Source of the DNA: Spirogloea muscicola
Taxonomy: Eukaryota
Length of the DNA: 40,942 bases
Assembly (NCBI GenBank): GCA_009602725.1
Contig: WELB01000002.1
Location: 329,083-370,024 of the forward strand
Reading direction: 5' to 3'
Shown here piece by piece: positions 13,561-25,385 of this stretch (positions within the stretch are counted from its first letter, which is position 1; every line of letters begins with the position of its first letter). The position numbers were made by a program, and so were the translations under genes. Below the pieces are notes generated by a model. That model did no database searches and was not told the origin of the DNA. It worked only from the letters and a program-made list of their open reading frames with translations.

Positions 13561-16500
13561 TCATGGTGCTTTCTGATTGCTCCCTTGTGAGCCCAGCTGC
13601 CGCGATGAGCTGAACGTTGCACTGAAGAGCGAAAGAAGACATTCAGACCCACTGATTAGGATGCAATTACAACCTCACACCGTAATTGCTTGTGCCTACA
13701 ATTTCAAAAGCTAGTATGAAAGGCAGGAAAATTTTCAGCTTGAGTCTAGATTTTGCCGCCAAGACCTCTGATGTTCCCACTCACATGAAAACACAATATA
13801 CCTCTAGCAGTCTATCCAGCCACTTGACAGATGTTTCCGGCGCTTACCCGCACGTGCTGCAGCTCTTGCTCTGCTTGCAGAAGATGGACAGGCACACAGA
13901 ACACACGAATCCAAGGTCGATAGTCTTCTTATGGCAGAAGCATCTGCGCCAGAGTCAGCACAATTATCACATGGAGAAGTTGCCAAGCATGTCCTATGTG
14001 GGCAGGTCAATTGAGAACGACTGTCATCTTGACGTCCCTTTGAGCAAGAAAGCCTGTCGAGAGGGCCAGCTGAGGCAGAAGCTAGCGATGCGAAAGAGGA
14101 AGCATTTAAGAGTGGTAGCGTACGATGCGCGGAAGTCGACTCCTTCCTGCCGAGGGAGCTGGAGAAAGCGCCGCGAGTACAGGTCCGTTGCAAAAATCAT
14201 CTGACAAGACATAGCCACAAGTATGTGACCCCCTGCTTGCTTAGCCCTTTGTTGGCTCTGTCAACACATATGACTGACGCATGTCTTCTGCAGGATGAAG
14301 ACAGCTAGCTGCATTGACAAAAGGCATGAAGGATGTTCGCTCCAATACCAGGAGGTACTGGAGGAGAGCGTCACTTTGCGAGAGCTTGAGGTATAACCCT
14401 GCTGTGAGGTGCGCCGCCTGGTAGACGGAGCGGTGGCTTTGTCAGCTGGAGTGGGATCCAAGATGTGCAGATTACGAGCAGCTTCTCTTCAGGCATGCAT
14501 TACTGCTAAAAACAATCACTGCTAACAACAATAATGAGGAACTCGAGCATCCCTCCTGTGCAATGGGCAGATAAATCTAGCACGATTGGAGCAACTGAAG
14601 CCATGCTCGCAACTCACTTGTACAATGAGCCTGTGATGTGCGAGTTTGCAAAGTTGTGAATGTCAACACCCCCTTACCTGCTGCAAGTAGGCTGAATCAC
14701 GGCCGCCCAGCATGCATGCGTCAATGGGTACCTGGTAATCGTTTCCACAGATTCTGATGACGTACTCGATATGTCAAAAGTCAGGCAGGACAAGGACAAG
14801 CTGCCCACAAATTTCATCATGCGCAGTCAGCGGAAGGAGTTTTGTACTTTATTATGCCAAGTAAACAGATATTTTGGCAAGTTCTTAGCTGCCAAGCTGC
14901 GTCACCAACTTGTCAAGCACACCCCATGTCTCAAGCCAAAAATACAGGGTAGCCTTACGGCTGAGTTCTTGGCGGAGAAGATTGTATTCATGATTGCAAT
15001 GTACCTGCCAACAGGGTGCACAGGACAAGGACACATGGTTTGATTGTTTCTGCTCTGAACAATTACTGAACAATTTATGGCCCAGCAGATAACAGCAGCA
15101 CGCGCATGACGTGTTGCCCGAGTGATTCTATCAGCCAAGACCTCCACTCTGCCTGACAGTTGGCATCCTTGATACTGCAGCGATGTTGGAGGCAGCTGCC
15201 AACTTGATCAATGTATCAGCAGCCTATCATACGTTCCTCGAGGCAAGCGCAACAATTGGAGCTTTAGATTAGCAGTGGTACTTACTGTTGCGGCGGGTCC
15301 GGCGAGCCCTGGAGGCACAGCACCTGCACAGGCGGCGCCGCAGCCACCACCCAAGTGCGCCGTGGCCAGCCCTGAGCCAGGGCATGCTGCAGAAGGAGTG
15401 GCAGCCCCTCGCCAACGGTGCCGGCCGATGCCGCTGCGCTCTGGCGGCTCTCACCCGGGGCTGCGGGCGCGGCGGTGGCGACTGGAGGTGCTTGTGGATG
15501 TCTGCACGCCAATGGGGACTGCCAGTCAAGAAATTTATTGCCTCCTTTGCTCACAGCAGCCATGCTGCAGTCAATGTGCGATGCTCCAGAGCACACACAG
15601 GTCGAACAAGGTCGGACAGGGAATGGTCTTGCATAGCGTCAAGTCAACAGAGAGCAAGATGCTTGAGCTTGGTAAAGTAAGCCCATTAGCACATTGACGA
15701 TCATGCTAATTGATGCCAGAGTCTGTGAGGGCAAAAATACACTAGCAAAGGAAGACAAAAGGTAGGCTCTCTGCAAGCAGTGAGTAGGAAGTACAGGTGA
15801 GCGCCATGGACAGTGTGCCCGAGAGGAGGGAGACATCGCTGGCCTCCGGGGCGGCCTGCCGCTGGCCGTCAGCGGCGAATGCGGCGAGCGCGTCCACGAT
15901 CGCCTGCGAGGGCGGCACCGCTCCGCCACCAGCTGGTGACACGGGCTCTGGGCCGGGGGCTGCTCTCGCTTCCTGTGCAACAGCGGCCGATGTCGGCGCA
16001 GGCGTCTCGTAGAGCACCCGGCTGCACACGTGCAGGACGCAGCTCTGTATCATGAATTCAATTATTGCGTTTATGTAAGTGGTGCCGGCCGCTTGATAAG
16101 TGCGGACTACCACGCTGCATTCTGAACCCACATTGAAGTCACAGCTAAATTTAGAGTCTAAGTTGGAGGACTGAACGGCAGGCCACTACGTGAGGCGTTA
16201 TGTCCAAGGCTCTGCAATCGCCAGCATAAGCCTGGCACAGGACCTCTAGGTGGGCTCTATATGTTGGGGTGCTTGTTTTGGTCCTGCAAACCAATGCCTA
16301 AGCTACGAACCAAGGCTTAGATGAATGCAAGGCCATGAATACCAGGCCATGGAGCTAATGACAGGGCTGTCATGGCAGGCCGCCACAGCTCGCGGCCCAG
16401 GCTTTAGGCCAATGCGGCTGCAAAACTGTCTATTAGCAGCGAAATCGAGAGAGAGCAGCGGACCAGTTTGGACCCAAAACCCAAAACCATTAACTCTATA

Positions 16501-16882
16501 CGTAAACCTGGTGGCCGGGCCTGGATCCAAGTGCTGAGATTTTCACCAGCAGCCGGCGCCGGCGGCGATGACCACGAGGCGGTTGCCGTGGTGCAGCAGG
16601 AGGTAGGCGTTGACGAACGCCAGCAGCTGCGCAGGCCGGAAGAATTCAAGATGCAAGAGATTCAGCGCGCCTGGACGCCATCCAAACCATCAGTCCTGAT
16701 CCCCAACAGCCCGATGCTAACCAACAAAAGTTAGGCCTAAATCATAACACTAACCCCTAACATAATCAACACATAATCTAGACCCAAACCCTAACACTTA
16801 ACCTAACCCCTGAATCCTGGAACCTAACCTTGATGTACAAAACCCTGAGCCTAAATCCTGTGCCAGCACCGGCGACGCTGCG

Positions 16883-16922
<40 letters not shown>

Positions 16923-17110
16923 TACATCCTAAACCCTAACCCTAACCCTAAGCCCTAAGCCCTTGAGGGCGGCCATGGGGCGACCTGCTCGACGAAGGCG
17001 GGGAAGCGCAGCGGCGCCGCGGCGGCCTCCTGGGCGCGCCAGAAGGCGGCGTGGACGTCGAGCAGCAGCAGCAGGAGGCTGGCGTCGTCGGCGGCGGGCG
17101 CCGCCGCCAT
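13561..17110 (-). CDS. TFB4: General transcription factor TFIIH subunit p34 (TFB4/GTF2H3), multi-exon
   Basis: Spliced: [94 protein letters not shown]..|[84 protein letters not shown]. This is a vWA fold plus a C-terminal Zn finger. Stop at 13563-13561. Confidence 0.93.
16735..16965 (-). repeat. Telomere-like (CCCTAA/CCTAAA) tracts flanking a (GGC)n run in TFB4 intron 1
   Basis: cctaaaccctaaccctaaccctaagccctaag at 16928-16960, a degenerate accctaa tract at 16735-16860 and (GGC)n at about 16885-16920. Confidence 0.85.
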
Positions 17111-17267
17111 GTGCCGCCGCCACTGCCGCCGCCTTCGTGCAGCCGGGCTGGCAGCAGCGGCAGCAGTGTGGTCACAGTCGATGGCGGCTTCAGTGACAGA
17201 AAGTGGATTTTCCAAACGAAGGAAAGATCAACAAATTATCATTATTGATAAGTTTATTATTGTTATA

Positions 17268-17454
17268 CAGTCAACCCTGTCTAAGGTCATACGGTCGGTT
17301 GGGGAGGTTTGCATGACCATAAACAGGATATAACGATATGGAGACCGACATTTACAAGGTCGACCAGCTAAAAGCCATGCGTCGGTTTGCCGGAATTTGA
17401 TAACGTTATACAGGATATAAGCTAATGGAGGATAACCTTAGACAGGGTTGACTG
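17268..17454. mobile_element. Tc1/mariner-pogo-type MITE, 187 bp, TA target-site duplication
   Basis: TA|CAGTCAACCCTGTCTAAGGT ... ACCTTAGACAGGGTTGACTG|TA: perfect 20-bp terminal inverted repeats and no ORF. Confidence 0.85.
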
Positions 17455-18282
17455 TACAAGGCAATGGTTGTAAGAGGCAAGCCCAAAGGAAAGCACAAGG
17501 TCTGAAGCTGGTCTACATGGCTTCTCAAGCTGGTCTACATCCTCGGTCACACAATTCCTAATAGTTCCCCATCATGCATCTTGTGCTTTCCATGTCTACA
17601 AAACGAGTGTGTACCAACTGGCAAGTGGGATTCACCAGTTGAGCAAATAAACAGTTGACCGAAAATCGCCATATAGCCTTTGCCACAAGTGGGCGTAGAA
17701 CCGATTACATTCAGAGGTTGCACATATTGAGTTTGCGAGCTGATTTGACTGTTCTGATGTCACCGATTTCAGTCATTTTGGGTTTTCACAGTCACCCCCT
17801 CCTTTCGGATGAGCTTCTTTCTCATGCATGGTGAGAGGCTTAGGCGCCCAAGGGCAGTGCCCAACGAGAATCTCCAACATCGAGATGTCCGTAGCGTCGA
17901 AGTTTTTTAAGAGAAGGGATCAAGTTATCGGCTGTATCAATTGATTGTCCTCCCTGATCTCTAAGGTCATTATCTAAATTCAGGGAACCATTGCCATGAT
18001 CTTTGGCATGAGTAAGACGAGTAGGGAGCTGATACAGCTGAGCGCACGTCTGCCTGGCATGCGCTCAGGAGCCACATTGTGCCGGACATAGTATGATGCG
18101 CTCAGGAAACTTAAAGATGTAGGGAGGGGCTCCATGTGACTAAACATAAGTATCAAGCCCTGTTCCGCATTTGCAGCATCTATTGCAGGCACTTCGAGTA
18201 ATAAAAAGAAGAGCTTAGCAGTCTGTAGAAACCACATATTGCCCAGCCCCAAATCACAAAGTATCTCAGCATGCCCTGGGAA

Positions 18283-21200
18283 TCATCCCACAGTGGGTGC
18301 ACCAGTTGTGGTTCCGGGCATGGCGTATGCTCCAGTGGGAGCATCGTAGCCAGCAGCAGCAGCCTCCCTGTGAAGAAAGCCACATGCTGGTCATCAGCTT
18401 CTGCTGTAGTATGGCAGACAGTCGACTGGCAAGTAGATCAAGGCAATTAAGAAACAAGTGAGTGACAACTGCCCATTAGCTGAGTGTATTGGAGGTGTAG
18501 TCAGGGAGGGGAGTCAACTCACTTCATCTCGTAGTCACGCTTCTCCGCAGCCTTGGGGCCGTAGAAGCGGTAATACGAGTTATGGACGCCAAAGAGGATG
18601 TAGATGACCGCGCCGATGCCCATGGCCACAAACAACCGGATGTAGTCCGACTTGTGCGCTCCGAAGCCGCCAATGAGCATGACATTGGCGAAGATGGAGC
18701 ACGACGGAATCCACGGCATGCAGAAGGCCGGCACGTGGAACTTGGCGGGCACGTAGTTGATGGGCATTGTGAGCCACAGGAGCACCGTCCAAAAGGCCCA
18801 AGAGCCGATGCAGATGTACAGCCACACTGTACCGCCCGACAGATTCCAGTAGATGGTGAAGCCCACAATGGACATGGTGATCATGAAGATGTAGAAGAGG
18901 ACGATGATGCGCCTGATGGTGACGCTGAACCTCCCGAAGACATCAGGTCGGAACTTGATTGCAAGGTGGCGGTCCATGTGCTTCTCCGGCGGCTCAAACT
19001 CGGGCGCATAACGGCGGTAGATATGGGCGACCGCCACAAACCAGTACATGGTGAGGGTGCCGATGCTGGCCACAGCAGAAGGAAACTATGTGGCATCAAA
19101 CGATTTGGTCATGAGGGAACAGCCACTGTCATCCCTCACACTGACGCACTCTGGGATTCAATGCATCTGACGTCCTAACAGCAATTGTCTTTTAAACATT
19201 CAGAATTGATCTCACTGCTCTTTCCACGACAGGAGAGCTTCTGCTGTGTGCTCTTGTAAAAGTCAAGCAACACCGGCCTGCTACATACATCTGCAGCCTT
19301 GGACTGCCCCGTGACAGCGTGCATGAGTCCGCTGGTGGAAGTAGAGCTTGAAGGGATTTCCTGATGCTTTTACGTGATCTGCATGACTCAAGAGGGATGC
19401 TCTGCTCTGTAGGGTCTACAACTGGAATCTATCCTCACCTGGTCATGTTTGCGAGGGTGTTGAAGGCTGTGAAAAAGGAGATGACGCCTGATTAAATCAG
19501 GACACGTCCAGAACGCTCAGTACCATTCTTAGGGAGACCCACTTCATTTACTATCTTGTTTGCTGGTAAGTGCACAGGATCTATTGTCTGTCAATTTAAG
19601 AACCTGAAATTCCAGTGCTTTGCTGGCAAATCTAGAGATGAAAGAGCATGATGGTGATGAAAGGAGCTGCAAAGCTAAGAGACGCATGCTGCCCTTTCAA
19701 TTTGATGACAAGAAGGGCATCCATTGAATAGAAGAGATAGTAATAGTGACATGGATAGAGTGGAGCAATCATAGCTAGCAGCCAAGGCCATGCTAGATGG
19801 TGGAAGTCGCGTACCGCAGATGGCGCCAGCGAGTATGATGGAGTAGACAGGCGTGTGGGACCAGCTGTTCACTCTGCCGAAGAACTTCGGGAAGAGGGCC
19901 TCGCGGCCAAACACCTGGAATACGCGGGAGAGCCCGTAAAGGCCGACGCCCGAGGACGTGAAGATGCCGATGCAGGCGCCGGCCGCAACGATGTACTTGG
20001 CCCACTCCAAGCCTCGGACCGTGAAGGCGTACGCGAAGCCAGACAGCGCCACGTCCGAGGGTTGCGCGGACAGGACGGCGAAAGGGATGAGCATCACGAG
20101 GCTGGAAGCCATGAGCACGTAGATGATGGTGACGAAGATGACGGCGCTCAGCATGCCCAGCGGCACGCTCCAGTCATTCTTGGCCTGCAGGAGGAGGAAG
20201 TTAATGTAAGGAGTAGGAAGTGGCTGGAAGACAATCTCATTAGGGCTATAACAGTAGAGTGAACTACTATATTCATTAAGTTCTTTCTATTAACTAGGAC
20301 AAGATGAGAGTCTGCGAGCTGGCCACTACGACAAGGCACTAAGTTGTGCCACTCACTTGCATCACAAGCTAGTCCCAAGCTGAGTCCAGTGCAACATATG
20401 TAAGTAGTTACCTCTTCACTTGCTAATCTGTACACAACTGATGAAGCATAGCTGACTTACGTTGTGGACACGGTGATCTGTCTGCAGATGAGGTATGCAT
20501 TGAGAAGCAACTCACCTCCTCCGCACCAAGTGCGACGACATCGTAGCCGACAAACACAAAGAATATATTGGACGCGCCCGTGACAATCGTGCGTGCCCCA
20601 GAAGGCGGCCCAAGGCTCTTGGGAAAGAACGGCGTCCAGTTGGCAGTATCCGCCTTGGTGAACGCTGCCGTGAATGTGAATACCACAAGACCCACGTGTG
20701 CAAACTGCAGTACTGATAGATCGCCATTGAAGGGCAGAGGCAAACAAGACAAGCTGTGTGAGTACCTTATGGCTTATGAAAACTGCAGTGGCTGCTTTGT
20801 GCAACGTATGTCACCAGATTGTATCAAATTCCAAATTTCAGGCAGGCAGCAAGGCATCGTCAAGCTGCACTTTGCAGCATAGGCACACGCCGTCAAGCCT
20901 GTGCTTAACTTTCACCATTTCTTTTGCATGAGGAACTCACCCATGTTGCTCTCGTCAGCGGCCTTGTTGGAGATGCACAGTGCAGTAGTTAGAAAGATGA
21001 TGATGAGCAGCGCAAGCCAGTCGACCGGGTCATGCTGGAAGCTGACGGGCCGCTGGAAAATATGGTCGTCGTTCTGGTTTATGAGCTGCGAGAAGTACAC
21101 GCTGAAATTACGTGTCACCTGCACCAGTCCACCTCGAATCAGTGGGTAAGTGCGAATGCTGAAGGCCGCAGTCATCCTGAGTGACTCAATGACTTGCTCT

Positions 21201-22521
21201 AATGAGGTAACTGAGGGCTGCCCAGGTCTGCTAATTGGTGACTTATTGCTTAAGAGGCGCTTGGTAGGCCTGGCAGACACAGACTACAGACAAATTCAGT
21301 CAGGTTCGGTCAGCATCATGCAATTAAATCCGTGATCAACTGAACCAGGACTCAGCGTGTCACAACAGTGGCCCAGCTTAGAGTTGACGGCTCGCACCGC
21401 AGCATTCCCGAAGACGTAGTCGATGACCAGGTTGGTGGCGCAAAGCCTGCAGCTCAAAGAGAAGGTCGCGTGCGACGTGGCCATGGCGTGTCAGCACTGA
21501 GCTGTGTTCTTGATGTGCATGGCATAAGGGAAGGCGGCAAGAGGAGCATGGCAAGGCGAGTAGCGTACACGGCAGGAAATTCGCCAAAAGTGTTGAGGGT
21601 GTAGACGAAACCGCCGCCGACGACGGGGTACTCGACCGCAAATTCGGAGTAGATGAAGGCCGAGAAGGCCGCCGCCGCCGACGCGACCAGCAGCGACAGG
21701 ACCACCGCCGGCCTGCGCAGCAAAAAGGCAATGGGCACGGACGAGTCACAGGGTGAGCAGCATGCAATCCATAGGAAAGTGGCTAAATGTCTTGCATGTG
21801 GGCAATAAGCTACTCAGGACATGGAGCAGACTGAGGGAAGGAGGGAGGCTGACCCGGTGATGGAGCTGTAGATGTAGGGCATGAAGGAGAAGATGCCGGT
21901 GGCGATGATGTTGCCGACCGCCATGCAGGCGAACGAGAACCAGCCAAGGTTCTTGTTCAGGGCGTTCCCGGACACCGCCTTGTTGTGCGCAATCTGCGCA
22001 GCCATCGGGGCGCGAGCTTCAGGGACGACACTGCAACTTTCTCCATGACTCTCTGTCTCTACGATCTCCTATGATCCTCTATAGCCTCTATAGCTACTCT
22101 GTAACTCTGTAACTTCTCTACAACTCGGTAACTTTCTCAATGACTCTCTTCAGTTCTCTATAGGCTACTTCGTGAAATTATTCTCAAAGACTTGTCGCAG
22201 CTTCTTCTAATAGCTATCTAGCTCTCAAACTCTCTATAAGTCCCTGCAATTTCTGCAACTTCTCTACAACTCTGTAACTTGCTCTACAACTCTCCACACT
22301 CTCTATCAGCTGCTTCGTGAAGCTATTCTCAATGACATTACAAAGTGGCTTTAGGTGCAAGCGCTTGCAGTGACGGCGACTCGGCAGGGGCGGCGGCGGC
22401 GGACCTGGTCCTCGACGATGCGCCGCCGGAAGGCGAGCGCGGCGAAGCGCTTGGGCAGCGCCGCGACCTTGAGAAACTCCGTCGGCGGCGCCCCCAGCAC
22501 GGCGTCCTCCCACACGCCCAT
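18283..22521 (-). CDS. Cationic amino acid transporter (APC superfamily, CAT type), multi-exon
   Basis: Exon 1 (22521-22405) MGVWEDAVLG..AFRRRIVEDQ splices to 21993 IAHNK..KNLGWFSFACMAVGNIIATGIF. Further motifs: GPAVVLS..YSEFAVEYPVVGGGFVY, FFVFVGYDVVALGAEE, MPLGML, SRVFQVFGREALFPKFF, ASIGTL, FHVPAFCMPWIPSCSIFANVML, YILFGVHNS. The terminal exon 18368-18283 is inferred; the alternative stop is at 18519. Confidence 0.9.
22025..22340. repeat. Low-complexity degenerate CTCTAT/CTCTGTAACT repeat with internal duplication (transporter intron 1)
   Basis: cttctctacaactc..gtaactt and cttcgtgaa..tattctcaa each occur twice within the tract. Confidence 0.6.
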
Positions 22522-22560
22522 GGCGGCGGCGGCGGCGGCAACGGCGGTGGCGGCGGCGGC

Positions 22561-24049
22561 AAGCCGGCGCGGCTGGAGACGCACGTCTGGCACGCCAAGC
22601 GCTTCGCCATGGCGTCCCTGTGGGGCCACCGCCTGGCTGCCGGCGTCTCCGGCAGGTGGGCACGCCATGACCGCGGTCCTGGCGCACAAGTCCCGACTTT
22701 GTGGTCCAGGGTTCAAATCTTGGGCTTGGCGTTCAAAGCCCGACTTGGATTTTGAGCACGGCCAGTCATGGTGGAACTGGCCCTTCGCAGCTACCACCGC
22801 TCGCGTCCGGTTCTCGGCCTAGTTCTCGCTTGTCTAGACGTTGATTTGAACCGCTGACATAAGGATTGTCAATCCTTGTGTCTAACCAACTGAGCGATCC
22901 AAACCCAAATCTCATATGACTATGCAGACACTGTCAGTCATTTGCTCTAACCAACTGAGCTATCTAAATACAATCTCATATGACTGTTCAATAACTGCTG
23001 GTGGGGGCAGGGGCCGGGGATCTCGCGCGCTACTAAGGCAGGCCCGCAGCGCGGCGCTGGTGCACGACGCCTCCTACTACGCGGCGCTGCAGCTCGACGG
23101 GTCTCAGGTGCCGGCTGGCCCCTCCGGCAGCAGCAGTGGCCGAAGACGGTGGTGGTTTTTGCTGGGTTAGTGACGGCCTGCGGTGTTGAGCTCGGAATCC
23201 AGGCGGCCGTGCTGGCAGCACTGGCGGCGGTCGTCGCGGAGCCCCAGGCGCTGGCAGCCGCTGCGGCGGAGGCCGGCGGGGCGTTCCTGCGAGGTGCGCG
23301 GGAGCTGCCGGTCATGGTGAGCCGGCGACCAGCCGTCGAGGGCCGGGGGTCGGAGGCGGCGGCGCTGACGCTGCCAGCCGGTCCTCATGCGCCACTCTGG
23401 CGGCGATGTCTGCATTGCTGGGCAGCTGCACCGCTGGCGCGAGGCGCCGTGCGGCGCGCTCGGCCCGGCAACAGTGACGTGGCGGCCACCCAACGCCTCG
23501 GTCACGGCACCTAGCACCGGCGGCGGCGATCGAGCGGTTGCGGCAGCATGGGTCTGGGTGCACGCGGCGGCACATGACGACGCGTTGGCAGCCCTTCGGG
23601 CATCCTGCGTGGAGCCGGTGCGTGGCCAATTTGGCCAGAATGAGCTCAGACTACTTAAGTACATGGATGTTGCAAGGTATTACCCCTAAGTACATCTCCA
23701 TTAAGCTTTCCATATTAAGCTTTTCCTAGGCCTGTGTATTGGTCTGTGGTGCAGGGTGGCTCTGCCGGCGGCGTTGAGTGCCGGTCGCGGGCGCGCGAGC
23801 TGCTGCGGCTGGAGGTCACGGGTGGTGGCGCCGAAGCTGCTCTTTGCCGGGCTCTGCACCCGGCTGCTGCTGCGTCATCGACCGAGCCGGACGTCTGGTC
23901 AGCGGCGGCGTCGGCGCCGCCAGGTGCCATGCTCGGTGTGGAGGTAGACGACCCTCGGGACCGCACCGAGACTCGCACGCTGTCCCAGCCGGCCGTCGGC
24001 GCTGTCAGAAGCGGCGGGATTCGTGCGACGGTCGACCCTGGAGACGGCA

Positions 24050-24083
<34 letters not shown>

Positions 24084-24579
24084 CTGCAGCCTCCCTGCTC
24101 TATCCGACAGCGCGGCGGCGCTGCTGTGGGCGCCCCCGCGCCGCCCCATGGCCGGCGGCGGGAGCTGGCCGGACATCCCCCAGCCGCTGCCCGACTCGGC
24201 TCTGTGCGAGCGCCGCCGCCTCCAGCGGCTGGCCACTCTCCACGGCACGATGTCTCCGCTGCCCTCGCCTCCCGTCGGTCTCAGCGATCTCGGGCCCAGT
24301 GCTGGTCGCTGCCCCGTGGTTGCCGTGCGCATCGGCGGCCCCACTCCAGGCCTGACTGGGTATCCTCAAGCCCTGACTGGTGCGGTTGCTGTAGTCTGCC
24401 GAGGCGGCTCCCTTAATTGCTCACGCAATGTCCATTATATTGCTGCTAATAGGCACCATAGCGGTCTCAGGTGGGCACTGGTGCTGCCGGCTGGGTGGGG
24501 CATGGCCTTCTGGGTGCCACTCGTGCTTGCTGGTTGCCACGCCCTCGGGCTGCGAGAGCGCCGCTGGCTGCATACTGAT
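22561..24579 (+). CDS. POP1: RNase P/MRP subunit POP1, partial (both N- and C-terminal exons not found)
   Basis: RLETHVWHAKRFAMASLWGHRL; GRGSRALLR..LVHDASYY; GALGPATVTWRP..WVWVHAA; LLRLEVTGGGA; RCPVVAVR; POPLD-type WALVLPAGWGMAFWVPLVLAGCHALGLRERRW. Exons are bounded by AG/GT and the last visible donor is at 24580. Confidence 0.85.
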
Positions 24580-24764
24580 GTGAGTGCCGTAGTACTGACC
24601 ACTTCATTTTGATCACTCTTAGATAGAACTTTGACATTCTGATTATGTTAAGCATAAATTGTATATTCCCCTGCCTAAACCTGGTGNCCACCCCTCCATT
24701 CCTCCTGGCACAGCTGCTGCCTCACTCCACTAGCAGCTCCAGTAGCTGCTAGATGCTAGCTGCT

Positions 24765-25015
24765 ACGTCATAAGATGTGCTTACCTCTGTACTTGGCCAT
24801 ACTGGCCTTCGATTGTTTCAAATACACGAAATTCCCCATTGGTAGTGCCACTTCTTCATCTATGGCGTCGGCGTAGGCGTGGCTCGCGGCAAGTGGGTTA
24901 GAAACTTGCGAAGCGGGACTGCTTGGCTGCTCGCCCCGGCTTGGGCGTACGTATGTACGTCATCAGATGTGCTTGCCTTTGTACTTGGCCTTTTGTTTGT
25001 TTCAACATACATTAA
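24765..25015 (+). repeat. Two copies of a retroelement 3'-tail-like sequence
   Basis: tacgtcat.agatgtgctt.cct.tgtacttggcc at about 24764 and 24956 matches the tail after the CRE-like ORF stop at 29790-29815 and 31068-31092. Confidence 0.6.
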
Positions 25016-25119
25016 CCTTCTGGGCCGGTCGCGGCGAGATCCTAGCGCTGCCTAATAGGTCTTTTCAAAGGAGTGGAGTGTGTGTTGAGTGATGGAGGGG
25101 CAAATGGGAAGAGCTCACT

Positions 25120-25385
25120 TCTTTGGCAGCCGTAGAGAAGTAAGCTCATCCGAAGGGGGCGCAAGGGCTGTGAAAAGCCAGCCTGAAAAAAAAACGACAA
25201 TGTCCGAAGGGGCCGGAAAGTGCTGAAAGAAAGAGAGAAGGCGTGCAGTGCACATGAGTGGAACGCCAAAGCTAGCCAGTACGAAGTGAGAAGTGAGAAG
25301 AACAAATGAAGTTAAATACAGGCTAAGGGTACAATGAATTCACAACCTTATCTGTTCTTTTTGGGCTGGCTTCTCACAGCCCTCG
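25120..25385. repeat. Hairpin-module repeat copies in both orientations
   Basis: ggctgtgaaaagccagcc..gacaatgtccgaaggggccggaa (25166-25218) and gggctggcttctcacagcc (25363-25381). Confidence 0.7.

Noticed and set aside
16928..16960. True chromosome end
   Set aside because: Short, internal and inside an intron of an intact gene.
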